From Acidimicrobiales bacterium (GTDB lineage Bacteria; Actinomycetota; Acidimicrobiia; Acidimicrobiales; JAHWLA01), in contig DATLNE010000032.1 in the NCBI GenBank assembly GCA_035536915.1, forward strand, positions 3,752 through 67,751: 64,000 bases of DNA. The letters are read 5' to 3'. Below, in pieces: positions 27,961 through 37,409 of the stretch. The translations under genes were made by a program, and so were the position numbers. Position 1 is the stretch's first letter, and every line of letters starts with the position of its first letter. Under the pieces are notes generated by a model. It was not told the origin of the DNA. It saw only the letters and a list, made by a program, of their open reading frames with translations, and made no database searches.

Positions 27961-28659
27961 TTGGCATCGACCGACCCTTCCGAGCCGCGGCCGAAGCCGA
28001 GCCGGCGGACACTGGTCCTGATCCTCACGCCCATCATCATCGTGTGGGTGGCGGGGATCGTCGGCAACGCGCTCACGCCGACCCTGCTGGCCAAGCACCC
28101 GCTGTGGCTCGTCTTTCTCGAACCCCGTAACCGCAACCTCATCCTGGTGTCGCAGCAGGTCGACCAGGTGCCGTTCATGCTCGTCGGGTTCTTCCGCCGG
28201 GTGCTGACCGACCCGCTCTACTACCTGCTCGGCTACATGTACGGCGATTCGGCGGTGCGGTGGGCCGAGCGACGGGCGGGCGAGGCGGGCTCGTTGGTGC
28301 GCGGCGTGGAGAAGGCTTTCGCCAAAGCCGGGCCGGTCGTCGTCTTCGTGTCGCCGGGGGCGCTGGTGTGCGTGTTGGCCGGAGCCACCCGCATGAAGCC
28401 GGTCGTGTTCGCGGCCATGAACGTGTTGGGCACCGTCGCCATCCTGTTCGTGCTCTACGCGTTCGGCGACGTGTTCGACGGCCCGGTGGGTGCGTTGAAC
28501 CGGTTCATCACCGGCAACTTCAAGTGGCTGACCGCTTTCTCGATCCTGGCCACCATGTGGTGGCTCTGGGACCAGCGCAAGCGGGGGAAGCTGGAGTTGG
28601 AGTCGGTCTCGGAGATCGCCGACCAACTGGAGGACGGCGAGGAGCCGGGCAAGGCGTGA
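27961..28659 (+). CDS. DedA/VTT-like membrane protein
   Basis: Multiple TMs, DPLYYLLG..YG, AGATRM...F; TTG 27961 start proposed. Confidence 0.7.
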   Translation: MASTDPSEPRPKPSRRTLVLILTPIIIVWVAGIVGNALTPTLLAKHPLWLVFLEPRNRNLILVSQQVDQVPFMLVGFFRRVLTDPLYYLLGYMYGDSAVRWAERRAGEAGSLVRGVEKAFAKAGPVVVFVSPGALVCVLAGATRMKPVVFAAMNVLGTVAILFVLYAFGDVFDGPVGALNRFITGNFKWLTAFSILATMWWLWDQRKRGKLELESVSEIADQLEDGEEPGKA

Positions 28660-28710
28660 AGTTGTGTAGAAATCGCGCCGGAAAACGCGCCGTTGCCTAC
28701 GCAACTTCGG
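28660..28710. repeat. REP-like palindromic repeat, copy 2 (degenerate)
   Basis: 41 of 51 nt identical to 8890-8940 in an ungapped manual alignment. Confidence 0.7.
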
Positions 28711-28720
28711 GGCGGGGGCG

Positions 28721-29446
28721 ATGAAGACGGCGGTCGTGACGGGGGCGAGCAGCGGGATCGGTGCCGCCACCGCTCGTCGGCTGGCGGCCGAGGGTTTCTC
28801 TGTCGTGGTAGGCGCCCGTCGGTTCGACCGGTGCGAGGCGCTGGCGGCCGAGATCGGTGGACGGGCGCTGCCCCTCGACGTGACCGACCGGGCGTCGGTG
28901 GCGGCGTTCGCCGAGGCGATCGAGTCGTGCCACGTGCTCGTCAACAACGCAGGCGGGGCGTTGGGCCTGGCACCGGTGGAGGAGGCCGACGAGGAGCAGT
29001 GGCGCTCGATGTTCGACGCCAACGTGCTCGGCGTCCTGCGGGTGACCAAGGCGCTGCTCCCCCGCCTTGTTGCGAGCGGCGACGGGCACATCGTGGTCAT
29101 CGGCTCGGTGGCCGGGCTGTGGGCGTACCCGGGCGGTGCGGGCTACACGGCGGCCAAGCACGGCGCCCGGATGGTGCGCGAGACGTTGCGGCGCGAGCTC
29201 TTGGGCCGTCCCGTGCGGGTCACCGAGGTCGACCCCGGGCTGGTGGAGACGGAGTTCTCCCTGGTGCGCTTCGGCGGCGACGCCGAGCGGGCGGCCAAGG
29301 TCTACGAGGGCGTCGACGCCCTCACCGCCGACGACATCGCCGACTGCGTGGCGTGGGCGGTCACCCGGCCGAGCCACGTGAACATCGACCAACTCGTCGT
29401 CATGCCTCGCGACCAAGCCGGACCGGAGCACGTCCACCGCCACTGA
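28721..29446 (+). CDS. SDR oxidoreductase (YdfG-like)
   Basis: TGASSGIG, NNAG, YTAAK, PGLVETEFS, RPSHVNI. Confidence 0.93.
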   Translation: MKTAVVTGASSGIGAATARRLAAEGFSVVVGARRFDRCEALAAEIGGRALPLDVTDRASVAAFAEAIESCHVLVNNAGGALGLAPVEEADEEQWRSMFDANVLGVLRVTKALLPRLVASGDGHIVVIGSVAGLWAYPGGAGYTAAKHGARMVRETLRRELLGRPVRVTEVDPGLVETEFSLVRFGGDAERAAKVYEGVDALTADDIADCVAWAVTRPSHVNIDQLVVMPRDQAGPEHVHRH

Positions 29447-29520
29447 GTTGCCGATGACCGAGTGACACGACGGGACCGTCCGGTCGTACTACCGAGTAAG
29501 GGCGACAGAGGGGGCTCCTA

Positions 29521-30318
29521 ATGCGACGTGCTGTGCTCGTGGCGGCACTTGTGGCGGCGATCGTGGGCCTGCCGGCAACGGGGCCTGCGACTGCGCACAC
29601 CGGCGTGTGCACCTTCGACGGAGTGATGCATCTCAGCGCGGGGCTCTGGCACGCCGACCCGTTCGCCCCGAGCGTGACGACGAGCTTCAACTTCGTTTAC
29701 ACCACCGGCCTTTGCACTGCGAACAAGAACGTGAACACAAGCGGCACCATCACAGGTTGGTGCGGCATGGCCACAGGGACAGGCGCAACGGCATCCGGCC
29801 ATGCCTTCTCCTTGGCGTGGAATGGCGCCACCATGACGTTCTCAGGAGCGTTCGCGGGCGCCTTCCACGTCACAGACATCCCCTTCGACACGGGCGATTG
29901 CGCGCAGGGGACCGCCCGCAATTTCACGGCGCGGGGAACAGTCCTGAAGTCCCACACGACGCTGCCGAACGATGTGTGCACGGGCAGGTTCCGCATGACG
30001 CTGTCGGTGCCGTTCGCCGGCAGGCTCGTTCCGCCGCGGTCGGCGAGCTTCACCATCCAGCACGTGAGCGGCACATGCTCGGGCTCGACACCCATCAGCG
30101 TGACAGGCACGATCACAGGCGATTGCTACCTCGCCAACGGCTCCGGCACCAGCAACAGCGGTGCTACTGCGACGGTCGACTGGTACGGCCATCTGATCGG
30201 GCTCACAGGGCAACTCATCGGCAGTGCCTTCAGCACCGAGGATCCGAACACGCCTGGTACCTGCCTCTCCGGGACCGAGACGCAGTTCATGCTGGTAGGC
30301 ACGTTGGCCCGCATCTGA
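29521..30318 (+). CDS. Secreted protein with two tandem 4-Cys beta-rich domains
   Basis: Signal peptide; internal repeat (SGTITGWC / TGTITGDC; GDCAQG...F / GTCLSG...F). Confidence 0.8.
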   Translation: MRRAVLVAALVAAIVGLPATGPATAHTGVCTFDGVMHLSAGLWHADPFAPSVTTSFNFVYTTGLCTANKNVNTSGTITGWCGMATGTGATASGHAFSLAWNGATMTFSGAFAGAFHVTDIPFDTGDCAQGTARNFTARGTVLKSHTTLPNDVCTGRFRMTLSVPFAGRLVPPRSASFTIQHVSGTCSGSTPISVTGTITGDCYLANGSGTSNSGATATVDWYGHLIGLTGQLIGSAFSTEDPNTPGTCLSGTETQFMLVGTLARI

Positions 30319-30324
30319 CCCGGC

Positions 30325-31113
30325 TCAGAGGCCGAGGAGGACGTCCAGGCCGATGGTGAGGCCGGGGTGGTCGGCCACGTTCTTCACGGCCAACAGCACG
30401 CCCGGCATGAACGAGGTGCGGTCGTAGGAGTCGTGGCGGATCGACAGGCTCTGGCCCGTGGTGCCCAACAGGACCTCCTGGTGCGCCACCAGCCCCCGCA
30501 GGCGCACCGAGTGCACGCGGATGCCGGCCGGCCCGACGCCGCCGCGGGCGCCCGCCACCACCTCGGTGCGGGTGGGGTCGTCGCCCCAGTCCTGCGACGC
30601 CGCCGCCATGCGCTCCAGCGTCAGCATGGCCGTGCCCGAGGGGGCGTCGAGCTTGGCGTCGTGGTGCAACTCGATGACCTCGGCGCTGTCGAACCACGGC
30701 GCCGCCAACTCGGCGAAGCGCATCATCAGCACGGCGCCGATGGCGAAGTTAGGAGCCACGAAGCAGTTGGCCGACGACTCGTCGAACAAGCGCCGTAGTT
30801 CGTCGAAGTCGCCGTCGGTGAAGCCGGTGGTGCCGACCACCGCGTGCACGCCGTTGGCCGCGCACCACCGCAGGTTCTGGCGAGCAGCGTCGAGGTGGGT
30901 GAAGTCGACCACCACCTCCACATCAGCCCGGGCCAATGCCGAGGGGTCGCCGGCGATCTGCAGCCCGGCATCGACGCCGGTGGCCTGGCGCAGGTCGATG
31001 CCCTCGTGGTGGGGGTCGACGGCCGCCGCCAGGGTCAGGTCGGGGTCGGCCGCCACCGCCCGGCACACCTCCGAGCCCACTCGCCCACCGGCTCCGAACA
31101 CACCCACACGCAT
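30325..31113 (-). CDS. dapB: 4-hydroxy-tetrahydrodipicolinate reductase
   Basis: GAGGRVG, VDFT, GTTG, PNFAIG, ELHHDAKLDAPSGTA. Confidence 0.96.
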   Translation of the reverse strand: MRVGVFGAGGRVGSEVCRAVAADPDLTLAAAVDPHHEGIDLRQATGVDAGLQIAGDPSALARADVEVVVDFTHLDAARQNLRWCAANGVHAVVGTTGFTDGDFDELRRLFDESSANCFVAPNFAIGAVLMMRFAELAAPWFDSAEVIELHHDAKLDAPSGTAMLTLERMAAASQDWGDDPTRTEVVAGARGGVGPAGIRVHSVRLRGLVAHQEVLLGTTGQSLSIRHDSYDRTSFMPGVLLAVKNVADHPGLTIGLDVLLGL

Positions 31114-31139
31114 GGGCTCGGAGCGTAGGCGGTCAGGCG

Positions 31140-32375
31140 TCAGGCGAAGGCGCCGTCGTCAAACGGCCCGACCACGGCGAGCACTCGCTCCCGGCCGAGC
31201 ACCCGCTGCGCCACCTCGCCCACCTGGTCGAGGGTGACGGCGTCGACGGCGGCCACGATGTCTTCCACCGTGTGCACGCAGCCGTGCACGAGCTGGCTGC
31301 GCCCGATGCGGTGCATGCGGGCCGCCGAGTCCTCCAACGACAGGGCCAGCTCGCCCTTGAGGTGGCCCTTGGCCACCTGCAGTTCGCGTTCGGTCACGCC
31401 CGCCGTCGCCATGCGGTCGAACTCGGCATGCATGAGGGCGACGACCTCGTGCACGTGCGTGGTCGCGGTGCCCGCGTAGACCGACAGCGCCCCGGCGTCC
31501 TCGTAGGCGGCTCGGTAGGAGTACACCGAATACGCCAGGCCCCGGTCTTCGCGGATCGTCTGGAACATGCGCGACGACAGCCCGCCGCCGAGCACCTGGT
31601 CGAGCACCGACAACGCATAGCGGTCGGGATCGTCGCGGTCGACGCCGCGCACCCCGACGACCACGTGGGCCTGTTCGGTGTCCTGAGTGTCGACCAGCAG
31701 GGGCTCGACCTCGGGACCGGGCGCCGTGCGTTGCGGCTGCACGCCGCCCAGCGCACCGGTGAAGCGTCGCTCCACCCCTTCGACGATGGCGTCGTGCTCC
31801 AGTCGTCCGGCCGCGGAGAACACCATGTTCTCGGGCCGGTAGTGGTGCGCCCAGAACGAGCGGATGGCCTCGGGCGTCATGGCCCGGATGCGGTCCTCGT
31901 CGCCCAGCACCTCACGACCCAACGGGTGGCCGGGGAACAGCGCTTCGGCGAAGACCTCGTGCACCAGGTCGGCGGGCTCGTCGGCCCGCATGAGGATCTC
32001 TTCGAGGATGACGTGGCGCTCGGAGTCGACTTCCTCGGGCCGGAAGGCCGGGTCCCACAAGATGTCGCTGAGGATGTCGAGGCCGAGCTCCAGGCTCTCG
32101 TCGAGCACCCGCAGGTAGAACGCCGTGTACTCCTTGGTGGTGAAGGCGTTCATGTCGCCGCCCACGGCGTCGATGTCCTCGGCGATGCGCCGGGCCGACC
32201 GGGTGGGCGTGCCCTTGAACAGCAGGTGTTCGAGGAAGTGCGACGCACCGGCCAGCGCCGGCTCCTCGTCACGGGAGCCGGTGCCGACCCAGAAGCCGGC
32301 CGACACCGAGCGCACGTCTGGCATGCGCTCGGTGACGACCTTCAGTCCATTGTCGAGGGTGGTGGTGCGTATCAG
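31140..32375 (-). CDS. M16 family zinc peptidase (PepR-like)
   Basis: HFLEH, NAFT, GGGLSSRMFQTIRE.RGLAY; the N-terminal TLDNGLKVVTE lies upstream of the first ATG (32324), so CTG 32375 is proposed. Confidence 0.9.
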   Translation of the reverse strand: MIRTTTLDNGLKVVTERMPDVRSVSAGFWVGTGSRDEEPALAGASHFLEHLLFKGTPTRSARRIAEDIDAVGGDMNAFTTKEYTAFYLRVLDESLELGLDILSDILWDPAFRPEEVDSERHVILEEILMRADEPADLVHEVFAEALFPGHPLGREVLGDEDRIRAMTPEAIRSFWAHHYRPENMVFSAAGRLEHDAIVEGVERRFTGALGGVQPQRTAPGPEVEPLLVDTQDTEQAHVVVGVRGVDRDDPDRYALSVLDQVLGGGLSSRMFQTIREDRGLAYSVYSYRAAYEDAGALSVYAGTATTHVHEVVALMHAEFDRMATAGVTERELQVAKGHLKGELALSLEDSAARMHRIGRSQLVHGCVHTVEDIVAAVDAVTLDQVGEVAQRVLGRERVLAVVGPFDDGAFA

Positions 32376-34774
32376 CGCCGGCCGCCGCCACCGCCGCGAC
32401 GCGGGTTGCGACGCGGGCCGCGGTCACCGCCGCGCGACGGGCCTGCGCCGGCTGCTTCGCCCGGGCCGAGGTCACCGAACTCCTTGGCGGCCTCTTCCTC
32501 CCAGGCCTCCTCGAACGACACCACTTCGCCACCGGCGACCGACGACTCCGACGAGGCGGGCGCGGAGGACTCCGACGGCGAACCGCCGCCACCGTTGCCG
32601 CCTTCACGAGCCGCCACCTCGCCCACCGGCGACAGCGACACCTTGCCCTGCGGGTCGATGTCGTCGACGCGCACGTCGATCTCGTGGCCCAGGTCGACCA
32701 CGTCTTCCACCCGCTCGACCCGCTTGCCCTGGCCCAGCTTGGAGATGTGGACCAGGCCGTCGCGGCCCGGGAGGATGTTCACGAACGCACCGAACTTGGT
32801 GATGTTGACGACGCGGCCTGTGTAGACGGCGCCGACCTCGGCCTTGGGCGGGTCGAGGATCATCTCGATGCGGCGACGGGCTTCCTCGACCGCAGCGCCG
32901 TCCTTGGCGCCGATGGTCACTGTGCCCACGCTGCCGTCGTCGTCGACGGCGATGTCGGCACCGGTCTCCTGCTGCATGGTGTTGATGACCTTGCCCTTGG
33001 GACCGATGACCTCGCCGATCTTGTCCATGGGGATTGTGAAGCTGACGATCTTGGGAGCGGTCTCGCGCACCTCGGACCGGGGCTCGGCGATGGCCGCCTG
33101 CATGACCTCGAGGATCTGGAGGCGGGCGTCACGCGCTTGCTGCAGGGCGTTGGCCAGGACCTCGGCGGGCAGGCCGTCGATCTTGGTGTCGAGCTGCAGG
33201 GCGGTCACGAACTCCGCCGTGCCGGCCACCTTGAAGTCCATGTCGCCGAAGGCATCTTCGGCACCGAGGATGTCGGTCAGGGTCGTGTAGCGCCCTTCGG
33301 CGAACACCAGGCCCATGGCGATGCCGGCAACGGGCGCCTTGATCGGCACGCCGGCGTCCATGAGCGACAAACTCGACCCGCACACCGAGGCCATCGAGGT
33401 GGAGCCGTTGGACGACAGCACCTCGGAGACCAGGCGCAGGGTGTAGGGGAAGTCGTCCTGGCTGGGCACCACGGGCACCAACGCCCGCTCGGCCAGCAAG
33501 CCGTGGCCGATCTCACGGCGCTTCGGACCGCGCATGAAGCCGGTCTCGCCGGTGGAGAAGGGCGGGAAGTTGTAGTGGTGCATGTACTTCTTGCGGTCGT
33601 CGATGCCGATGGTGTCGAGCATCTGGTCCATCCGCGGCATGCCGAGGGTGGTGACGTTGAGCACCTGGGTCTCGCCCCGCTGGAACAGGCCGGAGCCGTG
33701 CGCCGTGGGGATGATGCCGACTTCGGCCGACAGGGGCCGCAGGTCGGCCGGGCCGCGGCCGTCGATGCGGACGCCTTCCTCGACGATCTTCTTGCGCACG
33801 AGCTTCTTGGTCAGCGACCGGATGGCGGCCTTGACTTCCTTCTCGCGGCCCTCGAACTCGGTGGCCAACGCCGTCATGATGTCGGCGCCTGCCTGCTCCA
33901 AGGCGGCGTTGCGCTCGGCCTTGACGAAGATGGTGTTGGCCTGGCTGATGGGCTCGGTGCCCAGTTCACTCACCCGGGCGAACACGTCGTCGCCGTAGTC
34001 GACCTGGGTCTGGAAGGCGACGGTGGGCTTGGCGCCCGCCTGCGCCACCAGTTGGCGCTGCAGCTCGATCGACTCGTTGATCCACTTCTTCGACTCTTCG
34101 AGCCCTTGGGCGATGACCTCTTCGGTCACCTTGGGGGCGCCGGCTTCGAAGGCGGCCCAGGCCGCTTCGGTGCCGCCCGCTTCGACCATCATGATGGCCA
34201 CGTCGCCGCCGTCAAGGCCCCGGCCTGCGACGACCAGCTCGAAGGTCGACGCGTCGCCCTCCTGATAGGTCGCCCACGGGACCCAGGTTCCCTGGGCGGT
34301 CCACGCCATGCGCACGGCGCCGATGGGGCCGTCGAAGGGGATGCCGCTCAGCATCAGGGCCGCGCTGGCGGCGTTGATGCAGAGGACGTCGTGGGGGTTC
34401 TCCTGGTCGGCGCCCAGGATGGTGCCCACGACGTGGACCTCGTTGCGGAAGCCCTCGGGGAACGACGGGCGCAGCGGGCGGTCGATCAGGCGGCAGGTGA
34501 GGATGGCCTGGTCGGTGGCCCGGCCCTCACGCCGGAAGAACGAGCCGGGGATCTTCCCGGCCGCGTACATGCGCTCCTCGATGTCGACCGTCAGCGGGAA
34601 GAAGTCGATGCCCTCCCGGACGGACTTGGCCGCCGTGGCGGTCACCAGGACCATGGTGTCGCCGATCCGGGCCACAACGGCTCCGTCGGCTTGGAATGCG
34701 TACTTCCCCGTCTCGAACGACAGGGTCTTGTCGGTCCCGGATACGGGACCGGAAACGGCGATGGCGTCAGCCAC
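32372..34774 (-). CDS. pnp: Polynucleotide phosphorylase
   Basis: FFPLTVD, RLIDRPLRP, RREIGHG, SNGSTSMAS, GDMDFKVAG, KH and S1 domains; GTG 34774. Confidence 0.98.
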   Translation of the reverse strand: MADAIAVSGPVSGTDKTLSFETGKYAFQADGAVVARIGDTMVLVTATAAKSVREGIDFFPLTVDIEERMYAAGKIPGSFFRREGRATDQAILTCRLIDRPLRPSFPEGFRNEVHVVGTILGADQENPHDVLCINAASAALMLSGIPFDGPIGAVRMAWTAQGTWVPWATYQEGDASTFELVVAGRGLDGGDVAIMMVEAGGTEAAWAAFEAGAPKVTEEVIAQGLEESKKWINESIELQRQLVAQAGAKPTVAFQTQVDYGDDVFARVSELGTEPISQANTIFVKAERNAALEQAGADIMTALATEFEGREKEVKAAIRSLTKKLVRKKIVEEGVRIDGRGPADLRPLSAEVGIIPTAHGSGLFQRGETQVLNVTTLGMPRMDQMLDTIGIDDRKKYMHHYNFPPFSTGETGFMRGPKRREIGHGLLAERALVPVVPSQDDFPYTLRLVSEVLSSNGSTSMASVCGSSLSLMDAGVPIKAPVAGIAMGLVFAEGRYTTLTDILGAEDAFGDMDFKVAGTAEFVTALQLDTKIDGLPAEVLANALQQARDARLQILEVMQAAIAEPRSEVRETAPKIVSFTIPMDKIGEVIGPKGKVINTMQQETGADIAVDDDGSVGTVTIGAKDGAAVEEARRRIEMILDPPKAEVGAVYTGRVVNITKFGAFVNILPGRDGLVHISKLGQGKRVERVEDVVDLGHEIDVRVDDIDPQGKVSLSPVGEVAAREGGNGGGGSPSESSAPASSESSVAGGEVVSFEEAWEEEAAKEFGDLGPGEAAGAGPSRGGDRGPRRNPRRGGGGGRR

Positions 34775-34806
34775 GTTCGCTCCCTTTCTGTAAGGGGCGG
34801 CGGGCG

Positions 34807-34872
34807 GGCCAGTTGCCAGTTGTCGGGCGCCCGATCGTTTCCGACCGAGAACCCGGCAACTGGTAGCTGACC
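34807..34872 (-). ncRNA. pnp 5' leader hairpin (Actino-pnp-like, putative RNase III site)
   Basis: Long stem GGUCAGCUACCAGUUGCCGGG / CCCGACAACUGGCAACUGGCC capped by CUCGGUCG-GAAA-CGAUCGGG. Confidence 0.7.
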
Positions 34873-34896
34873 TCTCGCCGCCAGTCTCGGAATGCG

Positions 34897-34924
34897 ACAC
34901 GAGCGGCCCCCTGGCCGCTCGTGT
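34897..34924 (-). terminator. rpsO terminator-like hairpin
   Basis: Perfect 12-bp stem ACACGAGCGGCC / GGCCGCTCGTGT just after the rpsO stop. Confidence 0.65.
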
Positions 34925-34936
34925 GGTGCTACGTCC

Positions 34937-35194
34937 TTATCGGCGAAGGCCGAGGCGGCCGATGATCTCGCGGTAGCGCTCGACGTTGTTGGACTTCACG
35001 TAGTCGAGCAGACGCCGCCGCTTGCCGATCAGCTTCATCAGGCCCCGACGGGTGTGGTGGTCGCCCTTGTGCATCTTGAGATGCTCCGTGAGGTGGTTGA
35101 TGCGCTCCGTAAGGATGGCGATCTGGACCTCAGGCGACCCCGTGTCGGAGTCGTGGAGCCGATGCTCGGCGATCGTTGCGGCTTTGTCGGGCAT
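34937..35194 (-). CDS. rpsO: 30S ribosomal protein S15
   Basis: [23 protein letters not shown]...DHHTRRGL. Confidence 0.99.
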   Translation of the reverse strand: MPDKAATIAEHRLHDSDTGSPEVQIAILTERINHLTEHLKMHKGDHHTRRGLMKLIGKRRRLLDYVKSNNVERYREIIGRLGLRR

Positions 35195-35263
35195 GCAGCA
35201 GCTTCCTCTTTGCTTCCCCAGGGGACGGTCCAGAGTAGCAGCGGCCGTCGGCCCACGTGCATT

Positions 35264-36037
35264 TCAGCGGGATTGGAGCGCGCTCACTCGCTGCCACAAC
35301 GGGCGAGGGAGGTGGCGCAGCACTGCCATCACCCAGCGCAGGACGGACGGCGCATAGACGACGGCCGCCCCGCGGGCGATCCCCGCCACCACGGCATCGG
35401 CCACCGCGTCGGCGGTGGTGCTGAACGGGGCCGGGCGCATCCCCGTCGTCATCTTGGTGGCCACGAAGCCGGGGCGGACGATCACCACTCGGACGCCGGT
35501 GCCCGCCAGCGACAGGTCGAGCCCTTGGGCGAAGGCGTCAAGCCCGGCCTTGCTCGACCCGTACACGACGTTGTCGGCCCGCACCCGCTCCCCCGCCACC
35601 GACGAGAGGAACACAAGCGTCCCATGGCCCTGCTCTTCCAGCATCCGGGCCACCCGCAGGCCCATGGAGACAGCTCCCGTGTAGTTCGCCTGCGCCGCTT
35701 GCACCGCGTCTGCCGGGCAATCGGCGAAGTGCGCCTGGTCACCGAGGACACCGAAGGCCACCATGACCACGTCGAAGTCACCGAAGCGGCGCCACAGCCC
35801 GGCAACGAGCTCGTCGTGGCTGTCGAAGGCGGTGGCATCGAAGGCAACCGCCTCCACCGTGTCGGCTCCGGCGTCCCGCAACCGGGTGATGTCGTCATCG
35901 AGCGCCTCGGGTCGGCGGGCGGCCAGCACCACCGTGCGGCAGCGTCGGGCCACCAGCTTGTGCACGGTCGCGAGGGCGATGTCGCTCCCCCCGCCGAGCA
36001 CAAGGATCGACTGCACTGCCCCGAGGGCGTCCTTCAC
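35264..36037 (-). CDS. dprE2: DprE2-like polyprenylphosphoryl-2-keto-pentose reductase (SDR)
   Basis: MKDALGAVQSILVLGGGSDI, AFGVLGD, SSVAGERVR, YGSSKAGLD, VRPGFV; follows the DprE1-like gene. Confidence 0.82.
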   Translation of the reverse strand: MKDALGAVQSILVLGGGSDIALATVHKLVARRCRTVVLAARRPEALDDDITRLRDAGADTVEAVAFDATAFDSHDELVAGLWRRFGDFDVVMVAFGVLGDQAHFADCPADAVQAAQANYTGAVSMGLRVARMLEEQGHGTLVFLSSVAGERVRADNVVYGSSKAGLDAFAQGLDLSLAGTGVRVVIVRPGFVATKMTTGMRPAPFSTTADAVADAVVAGIARGAAVVYAPSVLRWVMAVLRHLPRPLWQRVSALQSR

Positions 36038-36050
36038 GAGCAGCTCCTTG

Positions 36051-37409
36051 TCACAGTCCGAGCCGACGGGCCAGGTCGGACATGAGGATGCCGGCCGGGT
36101 CGACCTCGGCCCGAATCTGGCGCCATCGCTCCAACCGCGGATACATCACCGGCATGAGCTCTGGTGCCAGCCGAGCATCCTTGGCCAGGTAGACACGTCC
36201 GCCCGCATCGGCCACCACGCCGTCGAGCTGGTCGAGCAGGGCGTCGAGCCCGCTCCCCCCTGCGGGGACGTCGAGAGCCAGCGTCCACCCCTTCATCGGG
36301 AACGACAGCAGCCCCGCGTTGCCGTCACCGAATCGCTTCAGGACGGCGAGGAAAGACGCCACGCGCTCGCAGGCCAGCCGCTCGACAATGGCCCGCAGCG
36401 TCGCCTCCTCGCCGGGGGGCAGCACGAACTGGTATTGGAGGAACCCCTGGGGCCCGTAGAGCCGATTCCAGGCCGCCACCCCGTCAAGGGGATGGAAGAA
36501 GGCGCCGATGGTCTCGAGCCCTTCGGGCCGATCATTGCCCTTGCGGAACCACAGCTCGTTGAAGGCCTTGATCGACCACCGGTTGAGCAAGTGCGGGGGC
36601 ACCACAGGGGGCGTAGGCAACGGTGAGCGCGGCGAAAACGCCAGAGGATGTCGCGCCGCACGGGCCGGAAGGTCGGAGGGCTCGGCGTGGTCGCCGCGGG
36701 TCAACACCGCTCGTCCGAGGGCACGACCGGAGGCGAGCAAGTCGATCCAGGCCACCGAGTACCGGTAGCGATGGTCGCCCCCCGCCATGCGAGCCATGAG
36801 GTCGTCGAGGTCGGATGCTCGCTCACGGTCGACACGCACGAGCGAGGTGCGGACCGGCAGCAGGCGCAAGGTGACCTCCACGATCAGCCCGGTCAGGCCC
36901 AGCCCCCCCACGGTGGCCCAGTACAGGTCAGGCCGACGTTCGGGCCCGATCTCGACCACTTCGCCGTCGGGCAGTTGGAGCAGCAGCGAGACGACGTGGT
37001 CGGCGAAGGAGCCGTCGACGTGGTGGTTCTTGCCGTGCACGTCGTTGGCCACGCACCCGGCCACGGTGACGTACCGGGTGCCGGGGGTCACGGGCACGAA
37101 CCACCCCAGCGGGACGAACGTGCGAAGCAAGGTGTCGATCGAGGCCCCGCCTTCCACGGTGACGACACCGGACTCGCCGTCGAAGCCGACCACGCGATCG
37201 AGGGCGGTGCAGTCGGCCACGACGCCCCCTGCGTTCTGCGCCACGTCACCGTAGGAGCGGCCCAAGCCTCGGGCGATCAGCCCACGCCGCGGTGGCGTGA
37301 CGAGCAGGTCCGCCAGCTCTCGCCGGGATTGTGGAGCCACGACATCGGCAGCCGTCGGCGCCGTGTTCCCCCACCCCGCCACCAGCCGGCGGCCGCGCTC
37401 AGCCGGCAT
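36051..37409 (-). CDS. dprE1: DprE1-like FAD-linked polyprenylphosphoryl-ribose oxidase
   Basis: GWG, ARGLGRSYGD, PVTPGTRYVT, DVHGKNHH, FFHPLD, GFLQYQF, SFLAVLKRFG, GWTLALD, GGRVYLAKD. Confidence 0.88.
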   Translation of the reverse strand: MPAERGRRLVAGWGNTAPTAADVVAPQSRRELADLLVTPPRRGLIARGLGRSYGDVAQNAGGVVADCTALDRVVGFDGESGVVTVEGGASIDTLLRTFVPLGWFVPVTPGTRYVTVAGCVANDVHGKNHHVDGSFADHVVSLLLQLPDGEVVEIGPERRPDLYWATVGGLGLTGLIVEVTLRLLPVRTSLVRVDRERASDLDDLMARMAGGDHRYRYSVAWIDLLASGRALGRAVLTRGDHAEPSDLPARAARHPLAFSPRSPLPTPPVVPPHLLNRWSIKAFNELWFRKGNDRPEGLETIGAFFHPLDGVAAWNRLYGPQGFLQYQFVLPPGEEATLRAIVERLACERVASFLAVLKRFGDGNAGLLSFPMKGWTLALDVPAGGSGLDALLDQLDGVVADAGGRVYLAKDARLAPELMPVMYPRLERWRQIRAEVDPAGILMSDLARRLGL

